A DNA stretch of 64,000 bases, taken from NCBI GenBank assembly GCA_944392445.1, contig CALXWT010000001.1, positions 12,630-76,629 on the forward strand. Reading direction: 5' to 3'. Below, one piece after another: positions 20,252 to 29,222 of this stretch. Position numbers and translations under genes: made by a program. Every line of letters begins with the position of its first letter. Position 1 is the stretch's first letter. The notes beneath the pieces are model-generated. The model had not been told where the DNA came from. It saw nothing but the letters and a program-made list of their open reading frames with translations, and did not search any database. This DNA comes from an uncultured Clostridia bacterium (lineage in GTDB: Bacteria; Bacillota; Clostridia; TANB77; CAG-508).

Positions 20252-20326
20252 TGGGGTATCGCCAAGCGGTAAGGCATCGGACTCTGACTCCGACATTCCT
20301 GTGTTCGAATCACAGTACCCCAGCCA
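20252..20326 (+). tRNA. tRNA-Gln (anticodon CUG)
   Basis: Hand-folded cloverleaf. Acceptor UGGGGUA/UACCCCA with U1-A72, G73 and encoded CCA. Anticodon arm UCGGA-CUCUGAC-UCCGA has a normal 7-nt loop. T arm is CUGUG-UUCGAAU-CACAG. Confidence 0.9.
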
Positions 20327-20374
20327 TATCTGTTTGACAGCAGAAATATAAAATATAAATAAAGGAGAGCACTT

Positions 20375-20509
20375 ATGATAGTAGATAAAGAAGGAAAAAT
20401 GTTTGAAGATAGAAGAAAAAATAAAACAGATAGAAGGAAAAAACAGGTAGAAGTAGAAGTGGAAAGAAGAAAAGAAAATAGAAGAAGAGAAGACAATAAA
20501 AGAAGATAA
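20375..20509 (+). CDS. possible 44-aa highly basic peptide
   Basis: AAAGGAGA RBS. Peptide MIVDKEGKMFEDRRKNKTDRRKKQVEVEVERRKENRRREDNKRR, followed by a long hairpin. No recognisable family. Confidence 0.3.
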   Translation: MIVDKEGKMFEDRRKNKTDRRKKQVEVEVERRKENRRREDNKRR

Positions 20510-20556
20510 AACGATAAAAATTGTAGAGAAATTACACTCTACGATTTTTATCGTTT
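20510..20556 (+). terminator. long hairpin (terminator-like)
   Basis: AACGATAAAAATTGTAGAG / CTCTACGATTTTTATCGTT, a 19-bp stem with 1 mismatch. The U-tract is weak. Confidence 0.4.
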
Positions 20557-20641
20557 GAAGACAATAAGGTTCTGATTATTAGGCTGAAATCCTTAATTGA
20601 TAAGTCTGGTCAGCTCCTTATTCAAATGTATTGCTTACAAA

Positions 20642-20761
20642 TTAGCAACATCCACCTCTGTTGCCACCACAACAGCAACATATTAATATTAATACGATTA
20701 TTATCCAGCAACAATCATCACCAAATCCAAAACCGCATCCACATCCTCTATTTTCTGGCAT
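20642..20761 (-). CDS. tiny Cys/Gly-rich membrane peptide (YjcZ-like sporulation peptide type)
   Basis: Hand-translated 39 aa MPENRGCGCGFGFGDDCCWIIIVLILICCCCGGNRGGCC. RBS AAGGAGG lies 8 nt upstream. Confidence 0.5.
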   Translation of the reverse strand: MPENRGCGCGFGFGDDCCWIIIVLILICCCCGGNRGGCC

Positions 20762-20799
20762 ATATTTCCCCTCCTTTCAAATTAAAAATTTTAATGTAA

Positions 20800-20922
20800 T
20801 TAACAACCACAAGAATTGTTACATGAGTTACTACAACAGTTGTTACCTCCACAACAGAAGAGTAGTAAGAATAGGATTATGAACCATAAAAGTTCGCTAT
20901 TATTACAACAACAATTTCCCAT
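20800..20922 (-). CDS. tiny Cys-rich membrane peptide, paralog of the previous
   Basis: Hand-translated 40 aa MGNCCCNNSELLWFIILFLLLFCCGGNNCCSNSCNNSCGC. RBS AAGGAGG. Confidence 0.5.
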   Translation of the reverse strand: MGNCCCNNSELLWFIILFLLLFCCGGNNCCSNSCNNSCGC

Positions 20923-21031
20923 TTCTTTACCTCCTTATAAAACTTTTTAAATGTATTTATGAAGTTCTTTCGTATGGTATATATTATTCAAATCTGAAAA
21001 AAGGGTTACAAAGTAATTAGAAAAATATATT

Positions 21032-21048
21032 TTGTGAAAATTTTGTAA
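21032..21048. promoter_or_regulatory. TTGTGA/TTGTAA pair at 11-bp spacing upstream of mutL
   Basis: TTGTGA at 21032 and TTGTAA at 21043. An extended -10 TGATATAAT lies at 21075-21083. Confidence 0.35.
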
Positions 21049-21158
21049 AAAACTATACAAAAAATGTAGTTTAATGATATAATTCTATGGAATAAACAAA
21101 AAAGAAGATTATTAATAAAATTTTGTTAAACAAAAATTAGCTCAAATGGAGGAATAAA

Positions 21159-23756
21159 ATGGGTAATATAGTTTTATTAGATGACTTAACAATTAATAAA
21201 ATAGCAGCTGGAGAAGTTATAGAAAGACCAGCTTCAGTAGTAAAGGAGCTAGTAGAAAACTCAATAGATGCAGGAGCAAATAAAATAAATATAGAAACCA
21301 AAAATGGTGGAATAACATATATACGAATTACAGATAATGGCAAAGGCTTTTTACCAGACGATATGGAAATGGCATTTGAGAGACATGCAACAAGTAAAAT
21401 AAGAGAAGCATCAGATTTAGAAACAGTTACTTCTATGGGGTTTAGAGGTGAGGCATTAGCTAGTATTGCAGCTATTAGTCATGTAGAACTAGTTTCAAAA
21501 ACTGCAGATAACGAGATAGGCAAAAGAGTAGAAGTAAAAGGTGGAAGCATAATTAATGTGGAAGATGCTGGATGTCCTCAAGGAAGCACTATAACAGTAA
21601 CAGATTTATTTTATAATACACCTGTAAGATATAAATTCTTAAAAAAGGATTTTACAGAGGCTGGTTATATAGAAGATGCAGTTACAAGAATTGCACTTGT
21701 GCATCCAGAAATAGCTATTAAGTTAGTAAATTCTGGAAAAGTAATACTACAAACTTCTGGTAATGGGGATATGAAATCTGTAATATATAGCATTTATGGT
21801 AAAGATGTTGCCGAAAATGTTATTGATGTAAATTATACTTATGAGGACCTAAAAATAACAGGTGTTGTAGGAAAACCAGTAATAGCACGTTCTAATAGAG
21901 CAAATCAATTATTTTTCATAAATAAAAGATATATAAAGGACAAAATACTAACAAGTGCAGCAGAGCAAGGGTATAAAGGATTACTTACAATAGGAAAATA
22001 CGGGTTTTTAGTGCTAAATATGGAAATGAATCCTAAAAAAGTAGATGTTAATGTGCATCCTGCTAAATTAGAAGTTAGGTTTGAAGATGAAAATCAAGTG
22101 TTTAAAGCTGTGTACCACGCAATAAAAGATAGTTTATTAAAAGAAGATTTAATTCCAGATAAAACAAAAATTGAATTAGATAAACAAATGCAATCAAGTA
22201 ATGCTTGGAAAATTGGTCTAAGCACATTAAATAATTTTGAAAGTAATAATAGTGAAAAAATAGGTATATCAAATAGTTCAGAAAGCAAATTAAGCTATTC
22301 TTTCGCAGACAACAGCAAAAATTATGAAAATTCAAACAAAAATTTTAATTATACAAAGATGCCAGAAGCTAATTTAGAAGTGTTAGAAGAACCAAAAGTT
22401 AATATAGCAAATACTGTAAATCAATTCGAAAATAAATCAGAAGCTAAAACTGAAACAGTAGCTCAAGAAGAAGTAAAAACGGAAGAAACAAAAGAAAATA
22501 TGGGAATAAGCAATTTAGATAGATTTTTCAAAGAAGACGAAGAAGAGAAAAAAGAGCATAAAAGAGGCGGTCTGTTTGGATTATTTGGAAGAAAAAAAGA
22601 ACAAGATGTAGACGAAAAGAAAAATGTAGATGACACACAAAATTTTATTGCACAAATTTATAATAATAAAAACGGAATAAATAGTTGTGAAAATAGTAGT
22701 AATACAGCAGATGTTTTTAAAGAAAGTGACAACAATAATAATTTTAATACAGCAGATGACTCTAAAGAAAGTGGCAATAGTAATACTTTTAACATAGCAG
22801 AAGAAAATTCAAAAATATTAAACACATCATTAGGCAATAATATGCTAAAAGATAACAGCACCAATGTTATAGAAACAAATGACAAGAATGCAAATGTTAT
22901 AAAAGGCATAAGCCAAGTTATAGAAAGCTCAGAAGAAACAGTAGATGCTACAAAAACAATAGATATAAACGAAATAAATGAAAAAATGCACAAAGTAGAT
23001 GACTTAAAACTAAATACAGATTATAAAAATTTTGATGAAATGTATGCATTAACTTTTGGAAAAACAAAAAAAGAAGAATCAAAAGTTGAAGAGGAAAATA
23101 AAGAATATAGAGTTAATGAAACAGATTTGAAAACTGCAGAAAATATTTCTATATTTGAAAAACTACCTCAAAACGAAATTCCAGACTACAAATATATAGG
23201 AATAGCTTTTTCTACATATATAATTATAGAAATGAATAGTGAGCTTTATATAATAGACCAACATGCAGCCCACGAGAGAATAATGTATGAGCAAATAAAA
23301 GCGAACTATTATAATGATACCAATAAAGATTCTCAGCTAATGCTACTACCAGATATAATAACCTTAAGTCATAAAGATATGCAAATAGCAAAAGATAATA
23401 TGGAAATTTTTGAAAAAGCTGGATTTGTATTAGAAGAATTTGGAGAAAATACTATAAAACTAAGTGGTGTACCAACTGTATGCTTAGACTTAGATACCAA
23501 AGAATTATTCTTAGAAACGTTAGACGAAATAAATACAGTGGCAAGAACAGCAAAACAAGAAATAGAAGAAAAATTTATTGCAACAGTAGCCTGTAAAGCA
23601 GCAGTTAAAGCTAATATGGCTTTAACTAAAGAAGAAGTAGATAGTTTGATGCAAAAACTACTAACACTTCCAAATCCATTTACATGTCCACACGGAAGGC
23701 CAACAGCTATTAGGATGACTAAAGCAGATATTGAAAAGAAGTTTTCAAGAAGATAA
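21159..23756 (+). CDS. mutL: DNA mismatch repair protein MutL with greatly expanded low-complexity linker
   Basis: GHKL ATPase N-domain (AAGEVIERPASVVKELVENSIDAG) and C-terminal endonuclease/dimerisation domain (DQHAAHERI, CPHGRP). It is 865 aa. Confidence 0.95.
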   Translation: MGNIVLLDDLTINKIAAGEVIERPASVVKELVENSIDAGANKINIETKNGGITYIRITDNGKGFLPDDMEMAFERHATSKIREASDLETVTSMGFRGEALASIAAISHVELVSKTADNEIGKRVEVKGGSIINVEDAGCPQGSTITVTDLFYNTPVRYKFLKKDFTEAGYIEDAVTRIALVHPEIAIKLVNSGKVILQTSGNGDMKSVIYSIYGKDVAENVIDVNYTYEDLKITGVVGKPVIARSNRANQLFFINKRYIKDKILTSAAEQGYKGLLTIGKYGFLVLNMEMNPKKVDVNVHPAKLEVRFEDENQVFKAVYHAIKDSLLKEDLIPDKTKIELDKQMQSSNAWKIGLSTLNNFESNNSEKIGISNSSESKLSYSFADNSKNYENSNKNFNYTKMPEANLEVLEEPKVNIANTVNQFENKSEAKTETVAQEEVKTEETKENMGISNLDRFFKEDEEEKKEHKRGGLFGLFGRKKEQDVDEKKNVDDTQNFIAQIYNNKNGINSCENSSNTADVFKESDNNNNFNTADDSKESGNSNTFNIAEENSKILNTSLGNNMLKDNSTNVIETNDKNANVIKGISQVIESSEETVDATKTIDINEINEKMHKVDDLKLNTDYKNFDEMYALTFGKTKKEESKVEEENKEYRVNETDLKTAENISIFEKLPQNEIPDYKYIGIAFSTYIIIEMNSELYIIDQHAAHERIMYEQIKANYYNDTNKDSQLMLLPDIITLSHKDMQIAKDNMEIFEKAGFVLEEFGENTIKLSGVPTVCLDLDTKELFLETLDEINTVARTAKQEIEEKFIATVACKAAVKANMALTKEEVDSLMQKLLTLPNPFTCPHGRPTAIRMTKADIEKKFSRR
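22701..22814 (+). repeat. 45-bp in-frame tandem repeat (~2.5 copies) within the mutL linker
   Basis: Units at 22701 and 22746 encode NTADVFKESDNNNNF / NTADDSKESGNSNTF. A partial third unit starts at 22791. Confidence 0.85.
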
Positions 23757-23787
23757 GCCAAAAAAGAAATATAAAAGGAGATAAATT

Positions 23788-24447
23788 ATGCCAATTATAA
23801 TTTTATTTATACTAATTTTAAATGTTGTTTCAATACTTCTTATGTATCGCTCACTTAATGCTAGAGAACCAAAAGAAAAACTATTATTTATTGTAATAGG
23901 TACTGCATTAATGTATGTACTAACTTCAATTGTATATTGGATAAGTACAAGAAACATAGAAATAACAGAAGTTTCGGACTTAGGAAAAGATTTAATAATT
24001 TTCTTATTTGTTCCAATAAATGGAATAATTGTCCTTCCTTTATTTGCAAGATTTTATTGCAAATTTAAGGATGGCGGAATTAGTAATACAGTTCTAAGAA
24101 ATAGAGGAATAGTACTTGGAGTGATTTTACTTATTTTGCTTATAGTAGAGTGTACATATTTTGAAAATATCCAAAAACAAGTTGTAAATATGATTAATGA
24201 AAGAAATAATCAAACACAACAAGGAAACGATAATAATGAGCAATTAGAAGCTACTGCAAATGATATAAACTCGAATGAAACAGTAGAAAGTACCAATACA
24301 TCAAATCTAATTGAAGTAGAAACTACAAATGTAGTAAACGATAATACTGTAAACGAAAATATAGAACAAACTAATACAGAAATGGAAAATGCTGTAGAAG
24401 GTATATCAAGCAATATAGTAAACCAGACAATAGATCCAGTAGAATAG
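23788..24447 (+). CDS. hypothetical multi-pass membrane protein with Asn/Thr-rich tail
   Basis: 219 aa with RBS AAGGAG, about 4 hydrophobic segments and a low-complexity C-terminus. Confidence 0.5.
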   Translation: MPIIILFILILNVVSILLMYRSLNAREPKEKLLFIVIGTALMYVLTSIVYWISTRNIEITEVSDLGKDLIIFLFVPINGIIVLPLFARFYCKFKDGGISNTVLRNRGIVLGVILLILLIVECTYFENIQKQVVNMINERNNQTQQGNDNNEQLEATANDINSNETVESTNTSNLIEVETTNVVNDNTVNENIEQTNTEMENAVEGISSNIVNQTIDPVE

Positions 24448-24466
24448 GCAAATTTAGGAGAAAATT

Positions 24467-25399
24467 ATGGATAAGCACAAAGTTATAGTTATATGTGGCC
24501 CAACGGCCTCTGGAAAAACTAAATTATCAATAGAATTAGCTAAAAAAATAAATGGAGAAATTGTATCTTGCGATTCTATGCAAATATATAAAAATATGAG
24601 TATTGGGACTGCAAAGCCAACTAAGGAAGAAATGCAAGAAATAAAACACTATTTAATAGATTGTGTTTCTCCAGAAAAAAGGTATAGTGTAGCAGACTAT
24701 AAAAAGGATGCAATTTCTGCTATTAAAGAAATTATTTCTAAAGGTAAGGTTCCAATAATAGTTGGAGGAACTGGGCTCTATTTGGAATCTCTTCTATACA
24801 ATATTGAGTATAACGAAATAGAAGTAGATTTAAAATATAGAGAAGAGTTAGAAAAAATAGAAAAAAAGGAAGGACTCGAAAGTCTTTACACAAAAGCAGA
24901 GACTATAGATTCTGAAGCAATGCAAAAAATTAGTCATAATGATAAGAAACGTATTTTTAGAATTCTAGAAATATACAATTCTACTGGAAAGACAAAAACA
25001 GAATTAGAGATAGAATCCAGAAAAAATGAACCTGAATACAATTATTTATTGTTTGGAATAACAATGGACAGAGAAAAGTTATACGAAAGAATTAACTTAC
25101 GAGTAGATTTTATGATAAAAGAAGGCTTAATAGAAGAGGTAAAAGCATTAAAAACTAAATATAAGCAATTGCCAACAGCAATGCAGGGACTAGGATACAA
25201 AGAAGTAGTAGAATACTTAGAGAATAAGATTTCTAAAGAGGAAATGATAGAAAAAATAAAGCAAGAAACACGAAGATATGCTAAAAGACAGTTGACTTGG
25301 TTTAGAAAATATGATAACTTAATTTGGCTTGATGGATTGGGAGATGTACAAAATAATATAAAAGTTATTTTGGAGGAATACAGTGAAAAGAACAACTAA
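24467..25399 (+). CDS. miaA: tRNA dimethylallyltransferase
   Basis: VICGPTASGKTKLSIELA, SCDSMQIYK, GGTGLY. Confidence 0.95.
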   Translation: MDKHKVIVICGPTASGKTKLSIELAKKINGEIVSCDSMQIYKNMSIGTAKPTKEEMQEIKHYLIDCVSPEKRYSVADYKKDAISAIKEIISKGKVPIIVGGTGLYLESLLYNIEYNEIEVDLKYREELEKIEKKEGLESLYTKAETIDSEAMQKISHNDKKRIFRILEIYNSTGKTKTELEIESRKNEPEYNYLLFGITMDREKLYERINLRVDFMIKEGLIEEVKALKTKYKQLPTAMQGLGYKEVVEYLENKISKEEMIEKIKQETRRYAKRQLTWFRKYDNLIWLDGLGDVQNNIKVILEEYSEKNN

Positions 25400-26669
25400 T
25401 GTTGAAAATGAAGAGAAAAACATAAAAAAGAAAGATAATAAGTTAATAAAATTTTTAAAAAAGCATAGAAAAAAAATACTATTGCTTTTGTTGGTGTGCG
25501 TTTTAATATATATAATATATGTAGTGGTACAATTAATAAGAAAGCCAACAGATACGGTTTATGTTGAAATGGGACAAATACGAGAAGAGGAAGTAGCAGT
25601 TGGATATATAATAAGAGATGAAGAGGTAATACAAGGAGAAAACTATAAAAACGGAATAGAGCAAATAAAAACAGAAGGAGAAAAGGTTGCAAAGGGAGAA
25701 GCAATTTTTAGATATTATTCAAATAATGAAGAAAATTTGGTTGAAAAAATAAAAAAATTAGACGAAAAGATAGATATAGCAATGGAAGAATCAGGAAATT
25801 TACCTACATCAGATACTAAAGCATTGGAAGACCAAATTGATTCTAAAATATATGATTTATATGAAGAAAGTGACTTAACCGAAATTCAAAATAATAAAGA
25901 AGAAATTATTAGCAATATGAGTAAGAAATCAAAGATTGCAGGAGAAGAGAGCCCAGCAGGTTCTTATTTAAAAAAACTAATTGATGAAAGAAGCGAATAT
26001 GAAAATCAATTAACTTCAGGCGAAGAATACATTGAGGCTACCAAGAGCGGAATTGTATCTTATAGAGTAGATGGATATGAAGATATTCTAACGACAGATG
26101 ATTTTGGAAAATACACAAAAGATTTTTTGGAAGAATTAAATTTAAAAACAGGACAAATTATACCAATGAGTAGCGAGGCTGGAAAAATAGTGGACAATTA
26201 TAGTTGTTACATAGTTTGTGTTTTGGACTCGGAATACGCAAGAGATGCAGAAGTGGGAGATAGTGTAACTATCAAATTACCAAGTGGAAAAGAAGTGGAA
26301 GCAAGCATAGAGTATAAGATTATAGAAGGCGAAGAATATATATTAACTCTAAAAATAAATGAAGGGGTAGAAGAGTTAACATCTTATAGAAAAATTTCTT
26401 TTAGTATTATTTGGTGGAGTAAATCTGGATTAAAGGTGCCAAATACAGCCATTTCTACAGAAGAAAAAGACGGTAATGAAATTTCTTATGTAACAAGGAC
26501 AAGAATTGGATATGAAGATAAAATTATAGTAAAAGTATTAAAGAAAAATGAGAAATACTCTATAGTTACAAATTACACTAGTGACGAACTGCAAGAATTA
26601 GGATATTTAATATCGGAAATAAGAAGTATGCCAAATATTGCGATTTATGACGAAATATTAATTAAATAG
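25383..26669 (+). CDS. membrane-anchored coiled-coil protein, weakly HlyD/membrane-fusion-like
   Basis: GTG start overlapping the miaA end. N-terminal TM, then a barrel-sandwich-like segment (VAKGEAIFRYY) and coiled coil. The family call is tentative. Confidence 0.35.
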   Translation: MKRTTNVENEEKNIKKKDNKLIKFLKKHRKKILLLLLVCVLIYIIYVVVQLIRKPTDTVYVEMGQIREEEVAVGYIIRDEEVIQGENYKNGIEQIKTEGEKVAKGEAIFRYYSNNEENLVEKIKKLDEKIDIAMEESGNLPTSDTKALEDQIDSKIYDLYEESDLTEIQNNKEEIISNMSKKSKIAGEESPAGSYLKKLIDERSEYENQLTSGEEYIEATKSGIVSYRVDGYEDILTTDDFGKYTKDFLEELNLKTGQIIPMSSEAGKIVDNYSCYIVCVLDSEYARDAEVGDSVTIKLPSGKEVEASIEYKIIEGEEYILTLKINEGVEELTSYRKISFSIIWWSKSGLKVPNTAISTEEKDGNEISYVTRTRIGYEDKIIVKVLKKNEKYSIVTNYTSDELQELGYLISEIRSMPNIAIYDEILIK

Positions 26670-26690
26670 TCAATAATCAGCAAAAAAATA

Positions 26691-26728
26691 TTACAATTAT
26701 ATTACAATTATATTAAAAAAATGTTACA
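26691..26728. promoter_or_regulatory. TTACA-core repeats upstream of sepF promoter
   Basis: TTACA at 26691, 26703 and 26724. The last is 20 bp upstream of the TTGACA at 26744. Confidence 0.4.
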
Positions 26729-26743
26729 AAAACAAAAAAACTA

Positions 26744-26772
26744 TTGACAATATTAAAAAAATGATAGATACT
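26744..26772 (+). promoter_or_regulatory. possible sepF promoter
   Basis: TTGACA, 17-nt spacer, GATACT (weak -10). Confidence 0.35.
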
Positions 26773-26816
26773 ATATCAAGTAGAAACCAAGGACGAATTT
26801 TAAGGAGGTTATTTGA

Positions 26817-27299
26817 ATGTCAGGAGCTATTATGGAAAAAGTATGGGGAATGTTAGGGTTACCAGAAAAAGAAGAGGAAGAAACAGAAGAAATAGATTAT
26901 GAAAAAAATGAAGATATAGAAAATCAAGAAGAAGAGGAAGAAGATAGAAAAATCTGGGGTAGAAAGAGTAATAAAGTAGTTAATATGCCACAAACTCAAC
27001 AAGTTAAGATGGTTATTTGTCAACCAACTACTTTCGAGCAATCAGAAAGTATATGTAATTTATTAAAAGAAAAGAAGTCAATTATTGTAAACTTAGAGTA
27101 TGTCAACAAAGATGTGGCTAGAAGAATAGTTGATGTTGTTAGTGGTGCAGTTCACGCACTAGATGGCAATCTACAAAAAGTATCAAATTCTATCTTTTTA
27201 GTAGCACCATTTAACTATGATATAACAAATGAAATGGCAAGAGAAGAGATAAAAAATAAATTATCTGTTTCATGGCTAAGAAATAATTCAAATAATTAA
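26817..27299 (+). CDS. sepF: cell division protein SepF
   Basis: Acidic N-terminal linker followed by the SepF core (VICQPTTFEQSESICNLLKEKKSIIVNLE...DVVSGAVHALDGNLQKV). Confidence 0.85.
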   Translation: MSGAIMEKVWGMLGLPEKEEEETEEIDYEKNEDIENQEEEEEDRKIWGRKSNKVVNMPQTQQVKMVICQPTTFEQSESICNLLKEKKSIIVNLEYVNKDVARRIVDVVSGAVHALDGNLQKVSNSIFLVAPFNYDITNEMAREEIKNKLSVSWLRNNSNN

Positions 27300-27331
27300 T
27301 ATAGTTATATAAAGAGCTTAGGAGGAACAAT

Positions 27332-27784
27332 ATGTACACACCATTGGATATAGAAAATAAAAAATTTGCGAAACAAATGATGAATGGCTATAGCGTAGAA
27401 GAAGTTGATAATTTTTTAGATGAACTAACAGCTGATTATGAAAAGTTATATAAAGAGTCAAATGAGAAAAATTCAAAAATATCAGAATTAGAAACAAATC
27501 TTGTTAAATATAAAAATTTAGAAACAACATTACAAAATACCTTAGTAATGGCTCAGAGTACAGCTGATGAAATAAAAAAAGTTGCAAAACAAGAATCTGA
27601 ACAAATAATAAGAGATGCACAAGCTACTGCCAAAAGTCAATTAATGGAATTAGAACAACAAATAACTATAAAAACAAGAGAGTTAGATGACTTAAAAAAA
27701 CAATTTGATGTATATAAAGCTAAAATGGAATCATTGTTAATATCACAATTAGAATTGATAAAGGATGTAAATAAAGATGACTAA
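27332..27784 (+). CDS. divIVA: DivIVA domain protein
   Basis: MYTPLDIENKKFAKQMMNGYSVEEVDNFLDEL plus coiled coil. Confidence 0.85.
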   Translation: MYTPLDIENKKFAKQMMNGYSVEEVDNFLDELTADYEKLYKESNEKNSKISELETNLVKYKNLETTLQNTLVMAQSTADEIKKVAKQESEQIIRDAQATAKSQLMELEQQITIKTRELDDLKKQFDVYKAKMESLLISQLELIKDVNKDD

Positions 27785-27799
27785 TATGTACAAAAGAGA

Positions 27800-27827
27800 A
27801 GCTAGGTATATATATGCCTAGCTTTTT
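27800..27827 (+). terminator. intrinsic terminator after divIVA
   Basis: AGCTAGG...CCTAGCT stem followed by TTTTT. Confidence 0.7.
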
Positions 27828-27937
27828 GTGACTTGTTCTTACATGTATTAAATTTTCAAATATATAATATCAAAAAATTATGTTAAATTAGATTCTAGCT
27901 AATTCATTAAAAATTGAAGAAAGTACTATACGTAATA

Positions 27938-27983
27938 TTACAAAAATATAACAGTATTACAAAACTATTAAATATATGTTACA
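27938..27983. promoter_or_regulatory. TTACA/TAACA-core repeats upstream of rsmD promoter
   Basis: Cores at 27938, 27949, 27957 and 27979, showing 11- and 22-bp spacings. The last is 20 bp upstream of the -35. Confidence 0.4.
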
Positions 27984-27998
27984 TTTGTGTTAATATTA

Positions 27999-28026
27999 TT
28001 GACATATAAAAAATAAAATATAAAAT
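27999..28026 (+). promoter_or_regulatory. probable rsmD promoter
   Basis: TTGACA, 16-nt spacer, TAAAAT. Confidence 0.5.
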
Positions 28027-28053
28027 ATATATAAAATTAGTATAGAGGTGTTT

Positions 28054-28614
28054 ATGAGAGTCATTAGTGGTATAGCAAGGGGAACAAAGCTATATTCAAT
28101 TAATAGTCTTGCAACAAGACCAACTTTAGATAGGGTTAAAGAATCTTTGTTTAATATTATTAGAGAAAGAATTGAAGGAAGTACAGTTCTAGATTTGTTT
28201 GCTGGAAGTGGAGCTATTGGAATAGAATTTATAAGTAGAGGTGCTAAAAAAGTTTATTTTTGCGAGAAATCTTATGAGGCAACAAAAATGATATATAAAA
28301 ACCTTGAGAAGACTCGATTTGTTGATAAATCTGAAATTTATGAAAAAGACTATAAGGAATGTTTATACGAACTAAAGAAAGAAAATATTAAAATAGATGT
28401 AGCCTTTATAGATCCACCATATAAAGACAATTTGGCAGTAAAGTCTGTAGAACAGATTTTACATTTTAACTTATTAAATAATAATGGAATTATAATATTA
28501 GAAACAGATGAAAAAGAAAGAGAATTAAGAGAACTAGAAAAATTACAAGTAAAAATATATGATTTAAGAAAATATGGCAGAGTTTATCTAATATTCTTAA
28601 GTCGAAAGGAGTAG
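28054..28614 (+). CDS. rsmD: 16S rRNA (guanine966-N2)-methyltransferase
   Basis: MRVISGIARGTKL...RPTLDRVKESLFN, LDLFAGSGAIGIE, FIDPPY. Confidence 0.88.
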   Translation: MRVISGIARGTKLYSINSLATRPTLDRVKESLFNIIRERIEGSTVLDLFAGSGAIGIEFISRGAKKVYFCEKSYEATKMIYKNLEKTRFVDKSEIYEKDYKECLYELKKENIKIDVAFIDPPYKDNLAVKSVEQILHFNLLNNNGIIILETDEKERELRELEKLQVKIYDLRKYGRVYLIFLSRKE

Positions 28615-28618
28615 GATT

Positions 28619-29056
28619 ATGGAAATATTTACTTTATTAGAAACATTGGAAGATATGCTAGATAAAAGTAGAAAAGTACCATTCTCAAGTAAGTGTATAG
28701 TAAATAAGGATGAAATTTTGGATATAATAAAAGAAATAAGATTAAAATTACCAGATGAATTGAAACAAGCAAAATGGATAAAAGAGGAAAGGCAAAGAAT
28801 ATTAGTTGAAGCTCAAAACGAAGCTGACGAAATAATTAAAGAAGCAGAAAATAGAATTATATCTATGATAGATGAACATGAGATTACCAAGAAAGCATAT
28901 GATAAGAAAGTAGAGATAATAGAAACAGCAAATGAGATGTCTAGAGAAATAAAAAGTGGGACAGAGGAATATGCTGATGGGATTTTAGCAGGAATAGAAG
29001 TGGCATTAGAGGATGCACTTAAAATAATACAAAACAATAGAAAAGAGTTAAAATAA
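28619..29056 (+). CDS. hypothetical coiled-coil protein
   Basis: 145 aa, charged and helical. Closely follows rsmD (4-nt gap). Confidence 0.5.
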   Translation: MEIFTLLETLEDMLDKSRKVPFSSKCIVNKDEILDIIKEIRLKLPDELKQAKWIKEERQRILVEAQNEADEIIKEAENRIISMIDEHEITKKAYDKKVEIIETANEMSREIKSGTEEYADGILAGIEVALEDALKIIQNNRKELK

Positions 29057-29059
29057 TAT

Positions 29060-29090
29060 GTGGACAAAAGGAATTATGCCTTTTGTCTAC
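29060..29090. repeat. diverged GTGGACAAA...TTTGTCTAC hairpin
   Basis: GTGGACAAAAGGAATTATGCCTTTTGTCTAC followed by TTTT. May also act as a terminator. Confidence 0.7.
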
Positions 29091-29104
29091 TTTTACTTGT
29101 AGAA

Positions 29105-29132
29105 TGTAACAAAAATGTTACATTTTTGTTAC
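29105..29132. promoter_or_regulatory. three TGTAAC/TGTTAC repeats at exact 11-bp spacing
   Basis: Repeats at 29105, 29116 and 29127. The last is 22 bp upstream of the -35 at 29149. Confidence 0.5.
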
Positions 29133-29148
29133 ATTTTTAAAATTCTGT

Positions 29149-29176
29149 TTGCTTTTATAAAACCTTGTGATATAAT
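29149..29176 (+). promoter_or_regulatory. probable ftsK promoter (extended -10)
   Basis: TTGCTT, 16-nt spacer, TGATATAAT. Confidence 0.6.
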
Positions 29177-29222
29177 ACCAAGGGATATAACAAAAAAGAT
29201 ATTTTCGAAGGAGGAAAATACT

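Noticed and set aside
20252-20326. tRNA-Gln as the frameshift-suppressor or quadruplet-decoding tRNA, or as an integration hotspot
   Set aside because: The anticodon loop is a normal 7 nt (CUCUGAC) with anticodon CUG and Gln identity elements (U1-A72, G73). No integrase, direct repeat of the tRNA 3' end or phage genes are nearby.
20661-20882. 73-aa + strand ORF (MPPQQQHININ...)
   Set aside because: It has no RBS and a low-complexity product. It is the antisense shadow of two minus-strand Cys-rich peptide genes that have perfect RBSs.
29115-29222. N-terminal 36 codons of the ftsK track ORF ([12 protein letters not shown]...)
   Set aside because: The region holds the TGTTAC phased repeats and a good promoter (TTGCTT-16-TGATATAAT). 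A TTG start at 29223 sits 8 nt after AAGGAGGA.
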